From sequence record DRR723986_4203: DNA of 43,534 nucleotides; one strand, written 5' to 3'. Position 1 is the first letter of the stretch. Every line of letters starts with the position of its first letter. The notes below the pieces were generated by a model, which was not told the DNA's origin, searched no databases, and saw only the letters and a program-made list of their open reading frames with translations. This document shows positions 28,332 through 38,491 of the stretch, piece by piece. A program made the position numbers and the translations under genes.

Positions 28332-29936
28332 ATGCCGACTGTAAAAGACGTTACCTTCGATCTGCTTCGCAAGCTCGGCTTGACAACTATCGTCGGCAAT
28401 CCCGGGTCCACTGAAGAAACCTTTCTGAAGAATTTTCCGGACGACTTCCGCTACGTGCTTTCATTGCAGGAAGCCAGCGTCGTCGGTATCGCTGACGGCC
28501 TGGCGCAGGGACTGCGCAAACCTGTCATTGTGAATGTCCATACAGGAGCAGGCCTCGGTAACGCGATGGGCTGCATCCTGACCGCCTACCAGAACAAGAC
28601 ACCACTCATTCTGACCGCCGGACAGCAGACCCGAGACATGCTGCTGCTCGAGCCGCTTCTTACCAACATCAATGCGACGCTTTTGCCCCAGCCATGGGTG
28701 AAGTGGAGTTATGAACCGGCAAGGGCCCAGGACGTTCCGGCCGCATTCATGCGGGCCTACGCAGCAGCGATCCAGCAGCCGAGCGGGCCGGTGTTTCTAT
28801 CGCTCCCGCTGGACGACTGGGACAAGGAAATGGAAGGACCCGCAGAAGTCCGTTCCGTGTCTCTGCGCTCGGCCGCCGACCCTGCAAGAATCAAAGATTT
28901 CGCTGAGCGTATCAACGCAGCAAAAACTCCGGTTCTGGTCTACGGCTCGGACATTGCCCGGTCAGAAGCCTGGGACGAAGGGATCGCGTTCGCAGAAGCG
29001 CTGTCTGCCCCGGTTCTGACGGCTCCTTTCGCGGAACGCACGCCTTTTCCGGAAAGTCATCGGCTCCACGCCGGCACATTGCCTTCGGCCATCGGCCCCA
29101 TCTGCAAGAGGCTCGAGGGGCACGACCTGGTTATCACCGTCGGAGCTCCGGTCTTCCGCTACTATCCATATGTCGCGGGAGACTACCTTCCGGCAGGAAC
29201 AAAGCTGCTGCAAATCACCGACGATCCGGACATGGCGGCCAAGGCACCGGTTGGCGACAGCCTCGTCTCGGACAGCAGGCTTTTCCTTCAGGCAATCCTG
29301 CCTCAGCTGGATCGACGTGAGGAAAAGCCCAATCCCTACCAAAAGGATCCGGCGCCGGTACCCGACTATTCGGCCCTGCCACTGACGCCGGATGCAGTCT
29401 ACAGCTTGATCCGGGAGGCTGCGCCCTCAGATTTCGTGCTGGTTGAAGAATCTCCATCCAACGTCATCGAGCTGGAGCGACAAATTCCGATCGATAAACC
29501 GGACACGTTCTACACTTTTGCATCCGGAGGTCTCGGCTGGGACATGCCGGCCGCTGTCGGTCTTGCGATTGCCGAGGAAACGAGCGGACGCAACAGACCC
29601 GTAATTGCCGTGATCGGCGACGGCTCTTTCCAGTATTCGGTGCAGAGCATTTACACCGGCGTGCAGGAGGAGGCGCATGTGGTCTTCGTTGCCATGCGCA
29701 ACTGTCAATATGCGATCCTGAAGGAGTTCGCGATCCTGGAGGAAACGCCGAACGTTCCGGGATTGGATCTACCAGGGCTTGATATCGAGGCACTGGGACG
29801 AGGATACGGTGCGAAGACCGCGAAGGTGAAGACCGCCGACGAATTCAAGGCCGCTCTTTCCTCAGCTTTGGCCTACAGGGGAACGACCGTGGTCGAGGTG
29901 GAGATATCGCCCAAGCTTAGATCGTTGCTTGGATAA
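28332..29936 (+). CDS. mdlC: ThDP-dependent benzoylformate decarboxylase-like enzyme
   Basis: GNPGSTE, LQEASVVGIADG, NVH.GAG.GNAMG, ASGGLG and the GDGS...N ThDP motif; GGAGG RBS. Substrate uncertain. Confidence 0.8.
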   Translation: MPTVKDVTFDLLRKLGLTTIVGNPGSTEETFLKNFPDDFRYVLSLQEASVVGIADGLAQGLRKPVIVNVHTGAGLGNAMGCILTAYQNKTPLILTAGQQTRDMLLLEPLLTNINATLLPQPWVKWSYEPARAQDVPAAFMRAYAAAIQQPSGPVFLSLPLDDWDKEMEGPAEVRSVSLRSAADPARIKDFAERINAAKTPVLVYGSDIARSEAWDEGIAFAEALSAPVLTAPFAERTPFPESHRLHAGTLPSAIGPICKRLEGHDLVITVGAPVFRYYPYVAGDYLPAGTKLLQITDDPDMAAKAPVGDSLVSDSRLFLQAILPQLDRREEKPNPYQKDPAPVPDYSALPLTPDAVYSLIREAAPSDFVLVEESPSNVIELERQIPIDKPDTFYTFASGGLGWDMPAAVGLAIAEETSGRNRPVIAVIGDGSFQYSVQSIYTGVQEEAHVVFVAMRNCQYAILKEFAILEETPNVPGLDLPGLDIEALGRGYGAKTAKVKTADEFKAALSSALAYRGTTVVEVEISPKLRSLLG

Positions 29937-30117
29937 ACGTTCAAAGCAGCACTCATTGTGCAATGCCATTTTTACCGGCGTGCGAGGGGATTTCACCTCA
30001 CGTGAAGTCAAGAACTCCAAGCCGTACGCTAGGTCAGGCGATGCGCTGAAGCTTTAGGAGAGGCGATTTGGCTGACCGGCAGTTGACCTGCCACCAGCCA
30101 ACACGTTGCTGAAACCA

Positions 30118-32145
30118 TCAGGCTGCATCCAGGCGGGCGAGGAAGTCGTCCAGAGATTTCCTGAGATTGGTCGATTGATCCTGAACGGAGGAAGAAGACC
30201 CTCGGAGCTGGTCGGAGGATTGAACAAGCGCCTGAATGGCTTCCTGCATCTGCATCATGTTGCGGGAGACGACGCTGGTATCCGAAGACGTTTCCTGCGC
30301 GTTTGCGGCAATCTCGGTTGTTGCCGAGCCCTGCTGTGACACTGCGGCGGAAATCGTTGTCGTATGAGTGTCGACTTCTGTCATGGTCGTCGAAATTTGT
30401 TCGATTGCGAGCACAGCCTCCCTGGTTTCCGATTGAATGGCTGCAATCTGCCCGCCGATTTCCTCGGTCGCCTTGGACGTTTGGGTCGCCAACTCTTTCA
30501 CTTCCGCCGCGACCACCGCAAATCCCTTGCCTGCTTCACCGGCCCGCGCCGCTTCGATGGTTGCGTTCAGTGCAAGCAGGTTCGTCTGCTCGGCGATAGC
30601 CTGGATAAGAACGACAACTTCACCAATCTTGTCGGCTGCGTCGGCCAGGTTAGAAATCTTCTCGTTGGTCAAGCTGGCCTGGCCGGTGGCCGAGGCAACC
30701 ACGGACGCAGTCGCTTCCACCTGTCTGCTGATGTCCGCAATGGAGGCAGTAAGCTCTTCTGCGGCGGCGGCAACCGTATCGACCTTGCCGGATGCATTGT
30801 CCGCGGCGTGAGTGGTCGATTGTACGATCGAGCCGGAGTCCTCGGCGGCCTTGGTGGACATATCAACGGCGACCTGCAGACCCTCTGTGGCATTGTCGAG
30901 TGCCGCGAGGACCGCTTCGGTGCTGGCACGGAAATCTTCTGCAAGCCTGTGCATCAGCTTCTTGCGGTCTGCTGCCTGGACCTCGCGCTGCCGGTCGACT
31001 TCTACTGCCAACTGGCGTTGTTCAACCAGAGAGCCCTGGAAGACGTCCAGCGTGTCGCGGAGCTGGCCCAGCTCATCTGCTGCCCGCCAGGTCGGTCGCT
31101 CGATTTCAAGCTGGCCGGATGCCAGCAGGTTGGCATTTTCGGAAAGCTGCCGTGCGCGGTGGCCGATGGTGCGGCTGAAATAGAACCAGGCTGTTGCCGC
31201 AAATAGCGCAAGCACCAGCGTGCCGCCGACCTGAAGTGCATTGGACGTTTCTGCGGCCGAGCGCAGGGATGACAACCCATTATCCATTTCCTGGTGAATG
31301 AGCGTTTCGGCGTCATCCGCCAGGGCGATGAAACGTTCGAAGGTTTCGTCAAAGGCAACATCGGCTCCCGAGCCGGCTTTCTCGGTTGAAAGCATGGCCT
31401 GGTGTCGAACGTTCGCAAGGTCGATCAGTTCGCCTATCTGGGCGAGAACGTCCTTGCTCTTCTGAAGGTCCGGATGGGCTTCAAGCGCTTTCCGGGCGTT
31501 TTCGAAACTGCCCAGAGCTTCTGCGAATTCCTCACCGGCATCACCGCCCAGGATTTCCGCGACCAGCAAATGTCCATGCGCAAGACTGAACCTTGCTTCA
31601 CCTGCCAGGGCTTGCGCCTTCGCATCATTTGTCAGCGGTGCGGAGATTGCAGCGATCTTCTGTTCCAGATCGTCGTAGATCGCATCGAACTTCTCGTCAG
31701 CCGAACTGCCGACACCTTGATCGCCTGCGAGGGAAGCGTATCGGCCTTGAGCGGAGGCAACAAACTCGTCGACTGCGGCCAGAACTTCCTTGATCTTTTC
31801 GCGGACTTCCGGGGAGCGGGAAGGGTAGAAGGTTCCTTCTTCGTTGCTCGCGCCGTTTAATATGGCGTTCGCGTAAAACCGTGTTTCGTCGAGGAGATTC
31901 CAGACTTCGTCGATGCTCTCGCCATCGTCACCGGACATGATTTCCTCAAAGAGCAAATGCGCATGCGTCGCGGTGAGCTTGATCTCCATCGCGGCATCCC
32001 CAAGCGGCGCCAATTCTGCTCCCAGGTGTTCCCCTTCGCTCGCGACACTTTTCATGAGACTGTAGGAGAAGAACCCCATGGACAGGGAAACCAGAACCAG
32101 GGCACCAAATACCAGCGCCAGCTTGCGGGAAATTCCGAATCTCAT
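30118..32145 (-). CDS. Methyl-accepting chemotaxis protein
   Basis: Two TM helices, a HAMP segment (DELGQL) and the signalling domain [33 protein letters not shown]. Start set at ATG 32145. Confidence 0.95.
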   Translation of the reverse strand: MRFGISRKLALVFGALVLVSLSMGFFSYSLMKSVASEGEHLGAELAPLGDAAMEIKLTATHAHLLFEEIMSGDDGESIDEVWNLLDETRFYANAILNGASNEEGTFYPSRSPEVREKIKEVLAAVDEFVASAQGRYASLAGDQGVGSSADEKFDAIYDDLEQKIAAISAPLTNDAKAQALAGEARFSLAHGHLLVAEILGGDAGEEFAEALGSFENARKALEAHPDLQKSKDVLAQIGELIDLANVRHQAMLSTEKAGSGADVAFDETFERFIALADDAETLIHQEMDNGLSSLRSAAETSNALQVGGTLVLALFAATAWFYFSRTIGHRARQLSENANLLASGQLEIERPTWRAADELGQLRDTLDVFQGSLVEQRQLAVEVDRQREVQAADRKKLMHRLAEDFRASTEAVLAALDNATEGLQVAVDMSTKAAEDSGSIVQSTTHAADNASGKVDTVAAAAEELTASIADISRQVEATASVVASATGQASLTNEKISNLADAADKIGEVVVLIQAIAEQTNLLALNATIEAARAGEAGKGFAVVAAEVKELATQTSKATEEIGGQIAAIQSETREAVLAIEQISTTMTEVDTHTTTISAAVSQQGSATTEIAANAQETSSDTSVVSRNMMQMQEAIQALVQSSDQLRGSSSSVQDQSTNLRKSLDDFLARLDAA

Positions 32146-32480
32146 GAGAGCCTCAACATGTCTGAAGTGAGTTCTCTGATGGTATGGGGCTTGGATTAAA
32201 TAAGTATTTCGCCAGATGGTAGGAGAAAAGAACATTGATAGTTTTAAGTATATGTTGCAGAGAGCAGTAAAAATATTTGGTGTGTTTATCGTTGGGGTAT
32301 GACGATGCTTCTATGCACCCGAATGGCTGAATGCGCTTTGGTGTGTGATAAGTTGTTCAAGTCATTGTGAGAATATTGTTGTGCCTTCAATCGTCAGGCA
32401 CAATGCAAGCACATTTTGATGGTAGCCAAGCCGTCGTTTTGGCCCAGCCACTCAAGCAAGTGAATAACCGGGGACTTATC

Positions 32481-33029
32481 ATGAAGCTGTCCAGCTTTGC
32501 TTTCATTGCGGTACTGAGCGGCGCCCTTTGTGCGACGCCAGTCTTGTCGGCAGACAAGTCGATCACGCCTGACGGCAAGCCCGCGCCCTCCAAGCCGCAT
32601 GCCAAGCCAGGGTCCAAAGCCGCGCAGGACGAAGAAGCTGCCGCCAAAACACCTTATGCGACGGTGCGGGACGTGTTTTCCGGAGATACGACAGTTGCCG
32701 GTGAAAAGGTCGCTTTTCCGCAATCGAACCCTTCCATAAAGGCCATCGAGATCACCATGGAGCCGGGCGAGGAAACACAGTGGCACCAGCATCACGCGCC
32801 GCTCTTTGCCTACATTCTGGAAGGCGAGATTACCGTCACTTATGAGGAGCTTGGCAAGAAGGTCTACCGTACCGGTGACGGTCTTCTGGAAGCGATGGAT
32901 GTCACCCACAGAGGGCAGAACACCGGTGAAGGGCCGGCCAAGATCCTGGCTGTTTTCCTGCTCGGTGATGACGGTGTGGCAACGGTTGCCGAAGACAAGC
33001 CAGGCGCAAACAAGAACAAGGTCGAATAA
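32481..33029 (+). CDS. Exported cupin domain protein
   Basis: Signal peptide from ATG 32481; cupin motifs PG..T.WHQH..P...YILEG and GD...E....H.G.N.G. Confidence 0.85.
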   Translation: MKLSSFAFIAVLSGALCATPVLSADKSITPDGKPAPSKPHAKPGSKAAQDEEAAAKTPYATVRDVFSGDTTVAGEKVAFPQSNPSIKAIEITMEPGEETQWHQHHAPLFAYILEGEITVTYEELGKKVYRTGDGLLEAMDVTHRGQNTGEGPAKILAVFLLGDDGVATVAEDKPGANKNKVE

Positions 33030-33256
33030 GCGCGGGATACCGCGCACAGCCTCTTCGTCCGCTACACCCATTGATTGATGAAGCCTGGCCCGATTATCAA
33101 AACCTTTGGGAATGCGAACTTTATGTAAAATATTGAAAATTCCTTGCCAGATTGGAAAACTTACCTAAGGTAACTGTAGGCTGCCTGTCAGATGGGGTGA
33201 AAATGCATCTGCAATCTGAGCGCGCAGTCCAAGCAACCATTCAGGTGGGAGTTTTC

Positions 33257-34858
33257 ATGAGCCATTTTCGCATGTTGCCGCGTCTGAGCGCGGTGGTTCT
33301 CGGACTTGCGGCAGCTTTTGCCGTAACATCCCAGACAAGTCTGGCGCAGGAAGCGCAGAAGCCGAATATTCTCGCTATTTGGGGGGACGATATCGGCACC
33401 TGGAACATCAGCCACAACAACCGTGGCATGATGGGCTACCGCACGCCCAACATCGACCGGATCGCACAGGAAGGCGTTGCCTTTACCGACTATTATGCCC
33501 AGCAAAGCTGTACGGCCGGCCGTGCCGCCTTCATCGGCGGCAATGTGCCTGTGCGCACAGGCATGACCAAGGTTGGCCTGCCGGGAGCAGAGCAAGGCTG
33601 GCAGGAAACCGACGTCACCATGGCGACCGTTCTGAAGGCACAAGGTTACAAGACCGGCCAGTTCGGCAAGAACCACCAGGGTGACCTGGACGAACATCTG
33701 CCGACAAACCACGGTTTCGATGAGTTCTTCGGCAATCTCTATCATCTGAATGCTGAAGAAGAGCCGGAAAACCGGGACTATCCGGGGGACATGGTTCTGG
33801 CGAACGGCAAGACCTTCCGTGAACAGTTCGGTCCGCGCGGTGTGCTTCATACCTGGGCCAATGCAGATGGAACGCAAAAGATCGAGGACACTGGTCCACT
33901 TACCAAGAAGCGCATGGAAACCGTGGATGAGGTGTCACTCGCCGAAGCCAAGCGTTTTATCCGCGAAGCGGTGGAAGAGGGCGTTCCCTTCTTTGTCTGG
34001 TGGAACGGAACCCGCATGCATTTCCGCACACATGTGAAGGAGGAGCACACAGGGATTGCCGGTCCGAGCGGGGATACCTATCACGACGGCATGGTCGAGC
34101 ATGACATGCATGTCGGCGAGCTGCTGGACCTGTTGGACGAACTCGGCATCGCCGATAACACGGTGGTGATGTATTCGACCGACAACGGCCCGCACTTCAA
34201 CACCTGGCCGGATGCCGGCACGACGCCGTTCCGCAGCGAAAAGAATTCCAACTGGGAAGGTGCTTACCGTGTGCCGACCTTTGTTCGCTGGCCCGGCGTC
34301 TTCCAGGAAAACGTGACGCTGAACGGTATCGTTGCCCACGAAGACTGGCTGCCGACCTTCGCCGCGATTGCAGGGGCTTCGGATATCAAGGAACAGCTTC
34401 TTGAAGGTGTTGAACTCGGTGGACGGACTTACCGAAACTACATCGACGGTTACGACCTCAACGCCTATCTGAAAGGCGAGACCGATTCATCGCCGCGTCA
34501 CGAGTTCTGGTACGTGAATGACGATGGTCAGGTGGTTGCGGCCCGGTACGACGACTGGAAGGTTGTGTTCCTGGAAAACCGCGGTCAGGCCTTCGGCGTC
34601 TGGCAGGAGCCCTTCACCGAATTGCGTGTGCCCGCCGTCTTCAACCTGCGCCGGGATCCTTTCGAAAAGGCCCAGCACAATGCGAATATCTATTTCGACT
34701 GGTTGCTGGACCGTGCGTTCGTGATCGTTCCGATCCAGGCACTGGCCTCAAGGTTCCTGCAGACCATGCAGGACTATCCGCCAAGCCAGACACCTGGATC
34801 CTTCAACCTGTCAGCGATCGAGGAAAAGTTGAAGGCCGGCATGAGCGGCAGCAACTGA
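33257..34858 (+). CDS. Periplasmic arylsulfatase family protein (Cys-type)
   Basis: Signal peptide, PNI..IWGDD.G, SCTAGR, GY.T...GK.H.G, GFD and TDNG. Confidence 0.92.
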   Translation: MSHFRMLPRLSAVVLGLAAAFAVTSQTSLAQEAQKPNILAIWGDDIGTWNISHNNRGMMGYRTPNIDRIAQEGVAFTDYYAQQSCTAGRAAFIGGNVPVRTGMTKVGLPGAEQGWQETDVTMATVLKAQGYKTGQFGKNHQGDLDEHLPTNHGFDEFFGNLYHLNAEEEPENRDYPGDMVLANGKTFREQFGPRGVLHTWANADGTQKIEDTGPLTKKRMETVDEVSLAEAKRFIREAVEEGVPFFVWWNGTRMHFRTHVKEEHTGIAGPSGDTYHDGMVEHDMHVGELLDLLDELGIADNTVVMYSTDNGPHFNTWPDAGTTPFRSEKNSNWEGAYRVPTFVRWPGVFQENVTLNGIVAHEDWLPTFAAIAGASDIKEQLLEGVELGGRTYRNYIDGYDLNAYLKGETDSSPRHEFWYVNDDGQVVAARYDDWKVVFLENRGQAFGVWQEPFTELRVPAVFNLRRDPFEKAQHNANIYFDWLLDRAFVIVPIQALASRFLQTMQDYPPSQTPGSFNLSAIEEKLKAGMSGSN

Positions 34859-34878
34859 GTTAAACGCGTCACTACAAT

Positions 34879-34916
34879 AAAAAGCCCGGGGCTTTGCGAC
34901 GCTCCGGGCTTTTTTT
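34879..34916. terminator. Bidirectional intrinsic terminator between the convergent sulfatase and transglycosylase genes
   Basis: AAAAA-GCCCGGGGC-loop-GCTCCGGGC-TTTTTTT. Confidence 0.9.
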
Positions 34917-34976
34917 GCGCATTTGCCAATGTGTCGTCCAGAACCGCAGCAATTAGCGGTCGACTGATTTTGGATC

Positions 34977-36167
34977 TCAGAGACGGCGCAGCAGTTCAGG
35001 CGTCGGCCAGGCATCGGCAGGCATGCCAAGCTTCTGCTGCACCTGCTGCACGGCATTTCGGGTGCCGGAGCCGAGGATGCCGTCGATCTTGCCTACGTCA
35101 TAACCCATGCTGGATAGTTTCGACTGGAGCTGCTTCATCTGGGCGTCGTCCAGGCCAAGGTCCGGATTGCCTTCCGTGTAGACCGGTGCGCCGGCGAGCC
35201 TTGTCGCGAAATAGGCGGCAGTGGTCGTGTAGACGAACGACTGGTTCCATTCCAGATAGATGCTGTAATTCGGATAGGCGAGGAATGCCGGCCCCTTGCG
35301 GCCCTGAGGCAGGAGCAGCGAAGCGGGCAGGTTGCCGGAAATCTGACCCCAACGCGGCTGCACGCCAAGAGCAGCCCACTGGGCACCGGTCTTGGTCTTG
35401 TCGAGCCCGCTTTCAGCCCAGTTGAGGTTCTGCGGTACCTTGACCTCCTGCAGCCAGGGTTCGCCGCGGCGCCAGCCCAGATGCTGGATGAAGGCACCGG
35501 CGGTCAGAATGGCATCGGCGGCACTTTCCTTCAGCTTCACGTGCCCGTCACCATCGCCGTCGCGGCCGAACTTGATGATGTCTTCCGGCAGCATCTGAAC
35601 CATACCGATCTCACCTGCCCAGGCGCCGGTCGTGCTGCGCGGGTCAAGATCACCGTGCTGGACCATCTCGATGGCAGCGATCAGTTGCGGCCGGAACAGT
35701 TCCGGGCGGCGGCAATCATGAGCAAGCGTGGCCAGCGCATTGACGGTGTTGAAATCGCCCTGAACCGCGCCGAAATCCGTTTCAAGCGCCCAGAAAGCGG
35801 TAATGACAGGTGCCGGAACGCCATATTCGGATTCGGTACGCTGGAATATGCTCGCGTATTTCTTCATGTTCGCGGCGCCGTTTTTCATCCGGTAGCCGGA
35901 AATGACCCGCTTGGAAAAATCCAGGAAGGTCATCTTGAAGACACCCTGCGCCCGATCACGCGACAGCACCTTGCGGTCGACCTGCGCACCCGCCAGGGTC
36001 TGGTCTGCCGCATTCGCGGAAAGGCCCTTGGCAATCGCTTCCTGTTTCACGCCTGCAAGGAATTGCCGGAAGTCGCCGCCACACTGCTGCGCCTGAGCAG
36101 GCGCGGTGGCGAGCCAGAAACCGGCGAGGGCGGTGGCAGCGATTTTCGGGGAGAAGCGGAGTGTCAT
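34977..36167 (-). CDS. Lytic murein transglycosylase (MltB/SLT_2 family) with a C-terminal PG-binding domain
   Basis: Signal peptide, WALETDFG, GAWAGEIG..Q.LP, DGDGDG, WN.S..Y and DGILG..TR.A. Start set at ATG 36167. Confidence 0.92.
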   Translation of the reverse strand: MTLRFSPKIAATALAGFWLATAPAQAQQCGGDFRQFLAGVKQEAIAKGLSANAADQTLAGAQVDRKVLSRDRAQGVFKMTFLDFSKRVISGYRMKNGAANMKKYASIFQRTESEYGVPAPVITAFWALETDFGAVQGDFNTVNALATLAHDCRRPELFRPQLIAAIEMVQHGDLDPRSTTGAWAGEIGMVQMLPEDIIKFGRDGDGDGHVKLKESAADAILTAGAFIQHLGWRRGEPWLQEVKVPQNLNWAESGLDKTKTGAQWAALGVQPRWGQISGNLPASLLLPQGRKGPAFLAYPNYSIYLEWNQSFVYTTTAAYFATRLAGAPVYTEGNPDLGLDDAQMKQLQSKLSSMGYDVGKIDGILGSGTRNAVQQVQQKLGMPADAWPTPELLRRL

Positions 36168-36310
36168 GAAAAATCCTGTCGTTGGGCGCAAAGGCAGGCC
36201 GGAGCCTTTAAAAATCGGCCATAGTTGACTGTGCTTCGCCTGTAACGTCAACCCGTCGGCAGGGCGAGCTGAAGGCTCTTCCACCAAGTCTTTGGCAGCA
36301 AGCTGCGCTG

Positions 36311-36787
36311 CTAACGGCAATTGCCGAAATCAGAGCCGACCATAATGCCGCCGTTCGGGGATCTTTTCAGCGGCGCGTTGACGCTGGCTGAAGAACGACA
36401 GTCGGAGGAAGACGTTCCGACGCTGGGGGACTGGTAATAGGGGGCGTTCACCCCGGACGTCTGCTGCTGGCACATCTGGTAGGCCATGTCGTAAAGAGCC
36501 TGCCAACCGCCGGGCATTGAGCCCATATTGTCCAGGACGCCAAGCGCTGCACCTGCACGGGCGCCACGATAAGCGCCCGATGCCCCGCGCCATTCGCCGC
36601 CAACAACCGCTCCGGCCATGCCGCCGGAAACAGCATCTCCGACGACATCGCCGCTGCCCATGCGGGCGTTGGCATAGTCGGTCGCATAGACTGTGCAATC
36701 GGTTCCATCCGCCTGAGCTTGCGTGATTGCGGCCGAGAAACCGACGAGAAGGAAAGCGCTGAAGCTGAGGGCTGCCCGGTTTGCCAT
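36311..36787 (-). CDS. Exported glycine-zipper hypothetical protein
   Basis: AGGAG RBS, signal peptide ending AQA, and GGMAGAVVGG...GARAGAALG flanked by C..YA and AY..C. Confidence 0.7.
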   Translation of the reverse strand: MANRAALSFSAFLLVGFSAAITQAQADGTDCTVYATDYANARMGSGDVVGDAVSGGMAGAVVGGEWRGASGAYRGARAGAALGVLDNMGSMPGGWQALYDMAYQMCQQQTSGVNAPYYQSPSVGTSSSDCRSSASVNAPLKRSPNGGIMVGSDFGNCR

Positions 36788-37012
36788 GGTCCGTCTCCTG
36801 TCTGCAGTGCCTGACGTGCACCGAGAATGCGAAACAATCCCGGAGCCAAGACCGTCCGGAAAGTGTTGCGACATCGAGAGCAATCGACACAGGCGCCGCT
36901 GATTGCGCCCGTCGATGCAACTGTCCCCGCGGTCAGCAGGGCAAATCTTAGATCGACGGGATATTACGCTTCGACACTTAACAAGGCTCTACCTGGCAAA
37001 CGCAGGTTTTAC

Positions 37013-38197
37013 TCATGGCTGCTGCTGGGGTTCCAGGAAACTTTCACCTACGTAGCCGGTCTTGCCGTCATACTGAACGCCGCACCACCAGTTGCCACAC
37101 GTGTTGAAGCGAACCTCGGCTCCAGCCGGGATGACGGCCAGAACCGTCGCATCCTTGTTCTGCGCTTCACGCAGGTTCACCGATGACTTGATTTTTGCCG
37201 AAAGAGGAAAGTCCGACGCAGCAGCGCTGGTTTCCGGAGTAGAGGCGGATGCAGTGTCGGTGTCAGGTGCCCTGACGGCCGGAATGTCAGCTCCCAGCGG
37301 CGATGCATCCGATACCGGATTTTCGTCGGTCTCCTGCACTGCTGCAGCAGCGCTGGCAACGAACGTATTGGTGGTGCCGCGTGCCGATTGGCTATTGGTT
37401 CTGACGGGGGCGGGCTGAGCTGGAGCAAGTCGCGACTGGATCTTGTGGTCGGCAACCTTGTTGGTGTCATGACCCAGCGGGTTGGAATGGTCTTCAGGTG
37501 CAGTGGACGCTATCGACCTTGAGGCGAATACCTCGCGGATACGGTCCTTGGCCGACTTTACCTGCTCTGCGCTTGCGGTCGGTGTTGCGGTCAGATCCGT
37601 CCTGCCCTGGTATTCGGGATCTGCGCCGGCAATCAGGCTCTCGATCGTCGGTTCGGTATTGATCTGCTGGGTCTGGACCGTGCGGCTGTCTGCCTCTTTG
37701 CCGGCCAGCAGGTCGCTCAGGCTCAAATAGACTGCTCCTGTGCCGACGCCGACAATCACAAGTGTACTGACCAACAGTGTTCTGAAACTCGGACCATGCC
37801 GGAAATTGGCTGCCGCTTTGGAAGCGGCTGCAGATGCGGGGACTTGTTCAGGCTGAAGACCGATATTCCGAGAGCCTCGTACCGGAGTGCGCAACACGCC
37901 TGGCATATCAAAGCCGGCTTCGTCCGTTGCACCTGTCAGCGTTGGGCGGCGGGAGGCTGTCGGCTTCAGTTCGTCGGCGGTTGCATGCATCTGCAGGATC
38001 TTGGCGGCAAGTGTGCTGGCGTCAGAACCTGTGTCTGCCGCCACTGTGTGAACTTCGGTTTCGCTAAGAGGGACTTCATCGTCCTCGGACGGATCGTTGG
38101 GAACGACGAGCTTCAGCTCGTTCTTTTGAGGTGCATTGTCCGGATCGTGGCCTTCGGGGAAGTCGCAAGTGTTGGCTGGCGCGGTGACGGAATACAT
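37013..38197 (-). CDS. Single-pass membrane protein with a C-terminal SH3b domain
   Basis: GGAGG RBS before ATG 38197, one TM (LLVSTLVIVGVGTGAVYL), low-complexity linkers, and C-terminal VNLR...V.AVIPAG..V...C..WWC.V.YDGKTGYV. Confidence 0.8.
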   Translation of the reverse strand: MYSVTAPANTCDFPEGHDPDNAPQKNELKLVVPNDPSEDDEVPLSETEVHTVAADTGSDASTLAAKILQMHATADELKPTASRRPTLTGATDEAGFDMPGVLRTPVRGSRNIGLQPEQVPASAAASKAAANFRHGPSFRTLLVSTLVIVGVGTGAVYLSLSDLLAGKEADSRTVQTQQINTEPTIESLIAGADPEYQGRTDLTATPTASAEQVKSAKDRIREVFASRSIASTAPEDHSNPLGHDTNKVADHKIQSRLAPAQPAPVRTNSQSARGTTNTFVASAAAAVQETDENPVSDASPLGADIPAVRAPDTDTASASTPETSAAASDFPLSAKIKSSVNLREAQNKDATVLAVIPAGAEVRFNTCGNWWCGVQYDGKTGYVGESFLEPQQQP

Positions 38198-38491
38198 GTG
38201 GCCCTCCTGGTTTTGCGGTGCGGGCACGCTCGGAGCGGTTGCCATATCTGGGTACCGGAGCATTAATCTTCGTTAATGCGTCGGCACGCAGGCCGGATTG
38301 CGGCGGCAGTAGGGAATTTTGCATGAAATGTGACGGGTCTGTGGTCTTGCGGGGCCTAATGGATGTGCGTTTGCAAAAGCCTAACCTGTCTCTGACAAAC
38401 TGCGCGCAAACGGCCTGTCGGTAGAATGAACGGCGGGCATTTCGCCCGGGCAGGGCGAAAGGCGAAGCCAGAAACGACGGGCAAAAAGATC

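Noticed and set aside
32146..32480. AT-rich stretch considered as foreign DNA or an island boundary
   Set aside because: Consistent with a divergent promoter region; no att-like repeats or mobility genes were seen.
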